Assembly (NCBI GenBank): GCA_965231155.1
Contig: OZ246418.1
Coordinates: forward strand, 42,266 to 106,265
Reading direction: 5' to 3'
Length of the DNA stretch: 64,000 nt
DNA from: an uncultured Candidatus Saccharibacteria bacterium
GTDB taxonomy: Bacteria > Patescibacteriota > Minisyncoccia > UBA6257 > 2-01-FULL-56-20
Made by a program: the position numbers and the translations under genes. Each line of letters opens with the position of its first letter. Within the stretch, counting starts at the first letter, position 1. The notes beneath the pieces are model-generated. The model made no database searches and was not told the DNA's origin. It was given only the letters and a program-made list of their open reading frames with translations. Positions 58,241 through 64,000 of this stretch are shown here, in pieces.

Positions 58241-59206
58241 TTATGACGGAAGTTGAACTGGTGAACCGCTACTTTGATACTCACTCAAACGGTTATAAAG
58301 AGTCTTCAAAGAAATTCCCAGGCTTGCTGATGCCGCTTGCTTATTGCCTTTATGGTATTCAAGCGCTGCCAAGATGTGTTCTCTCTCGATATCAACCAGC
58401 GGGCGCGGGGTATGAGATGGTGCAAGTTGATTCTTAACCGGAGAGCCTCCTCGAACACGATCCGGAATATGCTCAAGACCAACTTCCCTTTCAGAAAGTA
58501 CGGTTGCCCGCTCCATAACGTTCAGCAGCTCCCGAACATTGCCGGGCCAGCTGTAACGCAGGAGATGAGTCAAGGCATCCTTGGCGATAGTCTTCCGATA
58601 GATCTCGAGTCTGTTCCTGATCAAGACTTCAATATCTTCTGGACGATCGCGCAACGCAGGCATGGTCAGATCGAGAACGCTCAGACGATAAAAGAGATCT
58701 TCTCGGAACGTTTGTTCTCGGACCATTTTCCACAGATCCCGATTTGTTGCTGCAATAATACGAACATCGGTCTTCTGCGCCTGATCGCTGCCCAAGGCGA
58801 AAATCTCACCATTATCTAGGAAGCGAAGTAGCTTTGATTGAAGCGACAAGGACAACTCCCCTATCTCTTCCAACAAAACCGTACCCCCATTAGCAGTCAT
58901 CAATACTCCTGGCCTATTTTCTAACGCTCCGGTGAACGACCCTCGAGTATGACCAAAAGCCATGGAATGCCAGAGATCTTCTTGGTGGATATATGTTCCA
59001 TCAACCACGGCCAGTGATTTGTGCTCTTGCCCTCGAGGACTTTTTTCGTGGATAAACTGAGCCAGTGCGGACTTGCCTGTGCCCGTTTCTCCGCCAATCA
59101 GTATGACACTACCAGTTTGAGCAAAACGTTCTGCTCGTGCCAAAGCTTCCTGCATGAGACGACTCGCCGCAACCCATTTCATATGAACTCCCCTCTCATC
59201 GAACAA
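58241..59206 (-). CDS. Sigma-54-interaction AAA+ / Fis-HTH activator without a regulatory domain
   Basis: GETGTGKS, GSFTGA, EEIGEL, RIIAATNRDL, FREDLFYRL, WPGNVREL, LGIS.KTLY. Confidence 0.9.
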   Translation of the reverse strand: MFDERGVHMKWVAASRLMQEALARAERFAQTGSVILIGGETGTGKSALAQFIHEKSPRGQEHKSLAVVDGTYIHQEDLWHSMAFGHTRGSFTGALENRPGVLMTANGGTVLLEEIGELSLSLQSKLLRFLDNGEIFALGSDQAQKTDVRIIAATNRDLWKMVREQTFREDLFYRLSVLDLTMPALRDRPEDIEVLIRNRLEIYRKTIAKDALTHLLRYSWPGNVRELLNVMERATVLSEREVGLEHIPDRVRGGSPVKNQLAPSHTPRPLVDIEREHILAALEYHKGNKQAASASLGISLKTLYNRLSEYQSSGSPVQLPS

Positions 59207-59284
59207 CTGCCTCTATCTAAGAGGAAATACTTTCTCCTGTCAAACACAAAGAGTCACTCAGTGTCGATATCGTTGCAAGTCTCA

Positions 59285-59466
59285 AAAACCGTCTCGTTTG
59301 TCTCATTTTTACCCGACCAAGGTGGGTCAGCAACTCCCCTGTTCCTACCCAAAAAACCCTTACACTGATTGAAAGTTCCCAGTACTAGACCAAGGAACAC
59401 AGTAACTGAGCGAGAGCGAAGGAGTACTGAGGTTAGTAGGCCGAATGTGCCACCTTGAGATAGGTT
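59285..59466 (+). repeat. Long repeat copy 2 (alpha/gamma unit) with a 47-nt insertion
   Basis: Cores GACCAAG at 59315 and 59388; aligns with 53613-53750. Confidence 0.85.
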
Positions 59467-59514
59467 TCCAGTGCTTCTATTCGGGAACGGGCTCTTCTAA
59501 ACTATAATGGAAGA

Positions 59515-60246
59515 ATGAAAGAAACTGCCAAATCATTCCCTGATGCAGAAATGAACCCCCGTCAAAAAGATTCTCAGGGGTTAGACTTCTGGGCTACCAG
59601 CCTACTCGAAAACAACCTTATTAGTAAAAGGGAATATGACGAGTTCATCGAAAAAAATAATTCGAAGGAAAAAATGATGGAAGAGAGAAGGTTGCCCCAG
59701 CTCAAACACTATGGAGAATTTACTTCGACCGAACAAATAAGAAAAAAGATTAGACCGCAAGAGGAAGAAAAATTTATTATATGATGCACCTCAAAGAAAA
59801 ATGGAGAGATCAAAAGACTAATCGACGCAAACCTAGATGAAGTTTGCGACTTCGCAGACAAACTTCCTGGTGGATTTGAATATTGGGATGTCGAGGTGAA
59901 AGAATTCGTCAAAAGTATTGCAGCTGGCACGATCATTGTCTCCCCAAACGGCAGGACAATAATTGAAACGTGGCATGGTCCACATTATCTGAATACTACA
60001 AATGTTCCAAAGTATCATGCCGAGTTTGATCCCGATCAATTCCATATGCACTTTAATTGGAAAGGGCCAGAAGAAGCTCGTGATCTGCCCGAGATGCAGA
60101 ACTATGCCTTAAAAGCATTGCGCTATTTTTTCCGGCATCTAAAACCAAGAGAGAACGAACCTATATACGCAGAGTATGGAGTGAAAGCTAGTGGGGAGAT
60201 TTATTTTATTGAAGCAAACGACTCCTCCTTGTTAACTGGAAAATAA
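59515..60246 (+). pseudogene. Hypothetical gene interrupted by one in-frame TGA
   Basis: ORFs 59515..59784 and 59896..60246 share a frame, and the frame is open between them apart from TGA at 59782-59784. Confidence 0.7.
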
Positions 60247-60287
60247 AACTGAACGGCCAAGATGGGGCAACTTCTCTCCCTAATCTC

Positions 60288-60770
60288 CTAACCCCGACGG
60301 GCTGCGTCTATGGTAGCGACGTCAATCTTCTTCATTGTCATCATCGCTTTAAATGCACGTTCTGTTGCTGCGCCACCAACAGCGAGAGCTTCAATAAGCG
60401 TTCGTGGAGTAATCTGCCAGGATACTCCCCAACGATCCTTACACCACCCACACGCACTCTCCTGTCCACCGTTTCCAACAATTGCATTCCAGTAGCGATC
60501 TGTTTCCTCCTGATTATCAGTAGCGATCTGGAAAGAAAATGCTTCACTTTGTTTAAACGCTGGTCCGCCGTTCAGACCAATACAGGGAATTCCACAGACC
60601 GTGAAATCCACCGTGAGCGCGTCGCCTTTCTTGCCATCCGGGAAATCACTGGGTGCATAAAAAACAGCGTTCACCTTACTATCAGGAAAAGTCGCCGCGT
60701 AAAAGTTTGCCGCTGCTTCCGCATCCTTATCAAACCAGAGACAGATCGTGTTTTTAGGTATTTGATTCAT
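60288..60770 (-). CDS. VOC/PhnB (3-demethylubiquinone-9 3-methyltransferase-like) family protein
   Basis: CLWFD..AE.AA.FY, LNGGP.F, CGWCKDRWGVSWQI. Confidence 0.92.
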   Translation of the reverse strand: MNQIPKNTICLWFDKDAEAAANFYAATFPDSKVNAVFYAPSDFPDGKKGDALTVDFTVCGIPCIGLNGGPAFKQSEAFSFQIATDNQEETDRYWNAIVGNGGQESACGWCKDRWGVSWQITPRTLIEALAVGGAATERAFKAMMTMKKIDVATIDAARRG

Positions 60771-60808
60771 ATGCAACTATCTTAACGCACCCCCGAATAG
60801 CTCACAAA

Positions 60809-60846
60809 TAAAAATCCCACCATCGGATTCTTCCTTTGGTGGGATT
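60809..60846 (-). terminator. Intrinsic terminator candidate
   Basis: AATCCCACCA/TGGTGGGATT stem followed by a T-run on the minus strand. Confidence 0.6.
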
Positions 60847-60864
60847 GGATAAATTGTTTTGTAC

Positions 60865-61395
60865 TCACAGAAGGAAGGCGCCTCCCCTAGCCTTCTCTTC
60901 GCTGGTCATCCAAGCGTCGTAGGCAGCTGCGACACAACCGTCGACAACCATGCCAGCGATCATCTTGTCATACCAAGACTGAACGCCAGAACAAGCGACG
61001 ACCAAACCACTACGCTTCACCCCTCCCCAGAAAGGTGTGTCGCCGGGGAAGAGGAGATGCGGCATGACGTCGGTACGGTCGTCATTCCGATCGTGCCAGA
61101 GCTGAAGCGCCTTACAACGAGCGATATCGCTATAGGGGTGCTCCCACTCCTTCGGGTTACCGAACGAGCGCTCGTAAAGCGCCATCGGCTCGATGACGTA
61201 GTTCGGCCACTTCGGATAATCTCCAGCCCGATCATTTTCCATCGAGGGAACAAGAATCACAACGTGGCAGTGTTGCCGTTTCGGACCGAAGGGGCTGGGT
61301 CGACTCTCGGTACCCATGGCCAACCTCAGAACCTCCTCGACGACAACCTCCGCAACCTCTCGGTTGAGGAACCGAGGAACAAGCTTACCGGACAT
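60865..61395 (-). CDS. Hypothetical protein, GlcG/HbpS-like C-terminal motif
   Basis: IA..KA...WGGV....LVVACSG....D; AAAGGAG Shine-Dalgarno before ATG 61395. Confidence 0.6.
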   Translation of the reverse strand: MSGKLVPRFLNREVAEVVVEEVLRLAMGTESRPSPFGPKRQHCHVVILVPSMENDRAGDYPKWPNYVIEPMALYERSFGNPKEWEHPYSDIARCKALQLWHDRNDDRTDVMPHLLFPGDTPFWGGVKRSGLVVACSGVQSWYDKMIAGMVVDGCVAAAYDAWMTSEEKARGGAFLL

Positions 61396-61594
61396 ACAGC
61401 TCCTTTCAATCACTCCCAGATCCTGAGAGTTACTAATTAATTTTATAATACACAAATAAACATTTGTCAATTCTGAAAGACGCGGAGTTTTCTCCCTCAC
61501 TCTAATTTATCCTTGTATAAATTTGGATACTTTTCTGGAAATAGTCTGAAATATTTTCCATCCTACGTGTTAAAGTTATTGTATATTTAGTTAA

Positions 61595-61831
61595 ATGAGC
61601 AAAATGCACATCCTTCCTCCAGATCTCAAAAAAGCTATTCAGTCGAATAAAAAAGTAAAAAATCTTTGGGAAGATATCACACCGCTCGCTCGCAATGAAT
61701 GGATCTGCTGGGTGACTTCGGGGAAAAAATCTGAAACGCGAAATATACGAATTGCAAAAGCGCTCTCTAAAATGCAGACGGGTATGCGTCGTCCTTGTTG
61801 TTGGGCAGGTTGTCCGCATCGAAATACTTAA
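61595..61831 (+). CDS. YdeI/OmpD-associated family protein
   Basis: LP.DL..A........W..ITP.AR.EWI.W....KK.ETR..RI. Confidence 0.85.
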   Translation: MSKMHILPPDLKKAIQSNKKVKNLWEDITPLARNEWICWVTSGKKSETRNIRIAKALSKMQTGMRRPCCWAGCPHRNT

Positions 61832-61892
61832 AAAATAACCTGTGCGGAAAATAAAAGATTTCATATGACTTGAGTTGCGGTATACTTAATCT

Positions 61893-63608
61893 ATGAATCT
61901 CAGCGTATTCGCCGAAATTGGAATACTGATCAGCATCGCCACCCTCGTTTCTCTCTTGATGCGGTTGTTGCGACAACCACTCATCATCGGACACATCTTT
62001 ACCGGACTCCTCGTTGGTAGTTTTGCCCTAGAACTTTTTGATAGCACCGAAACCTTAGAACTTTTTAGTCAGCTCGGTATCGCCTTCCTATTATTTAGCG
62101 TTGGCCTCACCCTGAATCCAAAAATACTACGCGATTACGGCAAAGCCTCTCTCGTTACGGGGTTCGGTCAGGTCCTTCTCACCGGCAGTGTTGGTATCAT
62201 CGCCTGCCTCCTACTAGGGTTCAACTGGATAACTTCTCTGTATGTTGGTGTCGCCCTGGCTTTCTCGAGCACCGTTATCGTCCTTAAACTTCTTTCAGAT
62301 AAGGGCGATCTGGACAAGCTCTATGTAAAACTTTCGATCGGCTCACTCCTCCTCCAAGACATCATTGCTATTGTTCTTCTGTTTATTATTCCTTTTATTA
62401 CCGGCTCTCAAGGAAGTGGCTTTGAACTCATACGAACAATTGGCTTGGGAGTGACGACTGGTTTTGGAGTCTTCCTCTTCGCTCATTACATTATCCGCCA
62501 CCTTCATTCTTACCTCACCCGCTCACAAGAACTACTCTTTTTATTTGCCAACGCCTGGGGCATGGGCGTCGCCGCCTTATTCGCACAAGTTGGCTTCTCT
62601 CTCGAAGGTGGTGCCTTGATTGCCGGTGTGGCTCTTTCCACACTCCCGAGTCGCCATGAAATTAGTGCTCGACTGGCGCCACTCCGCGACTTCTTCATTG
62701 TCGCTTTCTTCATTCTCCTCGGCACACGAATGGTGGTCGGAAACTTCAGCGAGATCCTCGTCCCGGCGCTCATCCTCTCTGCGTTTGTTCTTATCGTGAA
62801 TCCCTTGCTCCAGTTAATTGTTATGGGAGCTCTTGGATATCGTCGAAAGACAAGTTTCCAAACTGGAATGATGGCTGCGCAGATCAGCGAGTTCTCGCTT
62901 ATCCTCATTGCACTCGGTGTTTCTCTTGGTCAGGTCGCACCGGCCGTTCTCTCGATGGTAACGCTCGTTGGACTCATCACAATTTTCATCTCCAGTTATC
63001 TCATTCTATATTCCGATATCCTCTACCGTTACGTCGCTCCCTACCTCCGCATCTTCGAACGTAAAGGATTATCTGCTGAACGTTCTCCTCGTACCAAGGC
63101 CTACGCCGCACTCCTTATAGGAAGTAATCGTATTGGTTTTGATTTCATTAAACTCTTCAAGGAAAGAAAACTAAGATTCTTGGTTCTTGATCATGATCCA
63201 GAAGTCATCGGCCAACTCGCTCATGAAAAAATAGCGCACGAGTATGGTGATGCGCAGGATCCTGATTTACTCGAAGAACTAAAAATTCACAAAACGAAAC
63301 TGGTTGTCTCGACCATCCCCGACCTCGAAACCAATCTCGTCATTCTTTCCTGTGCAAAACGGAATGGCCAGGGACCTATTGTGATGATGGTGGCTCATAG
63401 TATCTCCAACGCACTCGCACTCTATGAAGCAGGTGCTGACTATGTCATCCTTCCACACTTCCTCGGAGGAACACACGGTGCCTCGCTGGCTCGTCGGTTT
63501 GCTGAAGATGCAACCGAGATACGATCAATCAAAGTAGATCACATTAGCGATCTACAAACTCGTTTGGCTCATGGTCATGAGCATCCTCAACTTGAACGGT
63601 GGCGATAA
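61893..63608 (+). CDS. Kef-type cation:proton antiporter (CPA2) with TrkA-N domain
   Basis: LRQP.I.G, FSST.IV.K, QD, RDFF...FF, QISEFS, GDA..P, GADYVI.P. Confidence 0.92.
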   Translation: MNLSVFAEIGILISIATLVSLLMRLLRQPLIIGHIFTGLLVGSFALELFDSTETLELFSQLGIAFLLFSVGLTLNPKILRDYGKASLVTGFGQVLLTGSVGIIACLLLGFNWITSLYVGVALAFSSTVIVLKLLSDKGDLDKLYVKLSIGSLLLQDIIAIVLLFIIPFITGSQGSGFELIRTIGLGVTTGFGVFLFAHYIIRHLHSYLTRSQELLFLFANAWGMGVAALFAQVGFSLEGGALIAGVALSTLPSRHEISARLAPLRDFFIVAFFILLGTRMVVGNFSEILVPALILSAFVLIVNPLLQLIVMGALGYRRKTSFQTGMMAAQISEFSLILIALGVSLGQVAPAVLSMVTLVGLITIFISSYLILYSDILYRYVAPYLRIFERKGLSAERSPRTKAYAALLIGSNRIGFDFIKLFKERKLRFLVLDHDPEVIGQLAHEKIAHEYGDAQDPDLLEELKIHKTKLVVSTIPDLETNLVILSCAKRNGQGPIVMMVAHSISNALALYEAGADYVILPHFLGGTHGASLARRFAEDATEIRSIKVDHISDLQTRLAHGHEHPQLERWR

Positions 63609-63615
63609 CTTATCT

Positions 63616-64000
63616 ATGTTCCTCGAATTTATTGATCAGAAAACAATCTATCTCATCGCTCATATCTTCGGCGTAGCACTTGGCGCCGGCGGTGCTTTCG
63701 CGAGCGACACAATGTTTTTCAGTACCATAAAAGACGGGCGTATCCAGAAACACGAACTCCGTTTTATGAAACTGGGTGGCAGACTTGTTTGGCTGGGACT
63801 CGCAGTTCTTTTTGTCTCAGGAATACTTCTTGTTCTCACTGATCCCACTGGATATCTTTCTTCAAGCAAATTCCTGGCCAAAATCTCTATCGTTGGCGTG
63901 ATCGTCTTAAACGGCATCATCTTCCACTTCATACATATTCCCCACATTCATAATCATCTTGGTCTCAAGTTTGCCGACTCTCCCACGTTCGTAAAAAGAG
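63616..64000 (+). CDS. Hypothetical membrane protein, truncated by window edge
   Basis: Not in the ORF track. Hand translation gives MFLEFIDQKTIYLIAHIFGVALGAGGAFASD...W.GL...SG...KFLAK...NG...H, open to the window end. Confidence 0.7.
   Translation, partial: MFLEFIDQKTIYLIAHIFGVALGAGGAFASDTMFFSTIKDGRIQKHELRFMKLGGRLVWLGLAVLFVSGILLVLTDPTGYLSSSKFLAKISIVGVIVLNGIIFHFIHIPHIHNHLGLKFADSPTFVKR

Noticed and set aside
59782-59784. Genome-wide TGA=Gly recoding (code 25)
   Set aside because: Many conserved genes (mreB, mreC, galT, scpA) end at TGA with ATGA coupling, so TGA is a stop.
60859-61440. 193-aa plus-strand ORF
   Set aside because: It is the antisense shadow of the minus-strand gene, which has the SD, a terminator and a recognisable motif.
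978-63947. Many short overlapping ORFs in the six-frame track
   Set aside because: They lie antisense or out of frame within well-supported genes and show no motifs.

Overview
This is a gene-dense bacterial window that looks like a Patescibacteria/CPR (Parcubacteria-type) genome. That is inferred from the tandem Cys-rich paralogs, a lone coupling ATPase, a TrmB regulator and pervasive -10 boxes just before start codons; the genetic code appears to be 11. Positions 1-6.3 kb hold a TrmB/7TM/PaaK-like/ThiF/nitroreductase cluster interrupted by a GmrSD nuclease gene. Positions 6.4-32.6 kb are mostly housekeeping genes (rnhA, pgk, ndh, pyrG, rplU, galT, mreBCD-mrdA, proS, rdgB, mraY, scpAB, dnaX) plus three Cys-rich paralogs. 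From tRNA-Gln (34.2 kb) onward the region is accessory: a REase-TPR-GreAB-PIN protein, a large serine recombinase, defence-like genes, a strongly structured C4/CI-like RNA candidate, a ParB-methyltransferase and a CsoR-regulated copper operon. The standout is 53.6-60.3 kb. There, short co-oriented genes are bracketed by a GACCGAG-type core and by five 73-76 bp units whose left and right halves occur in mixed combinations. This resembles an integron-like cassette array, but there are no attC boxes and no integron integrase. All calls come from reading the sequence by eye; no database searches were run.
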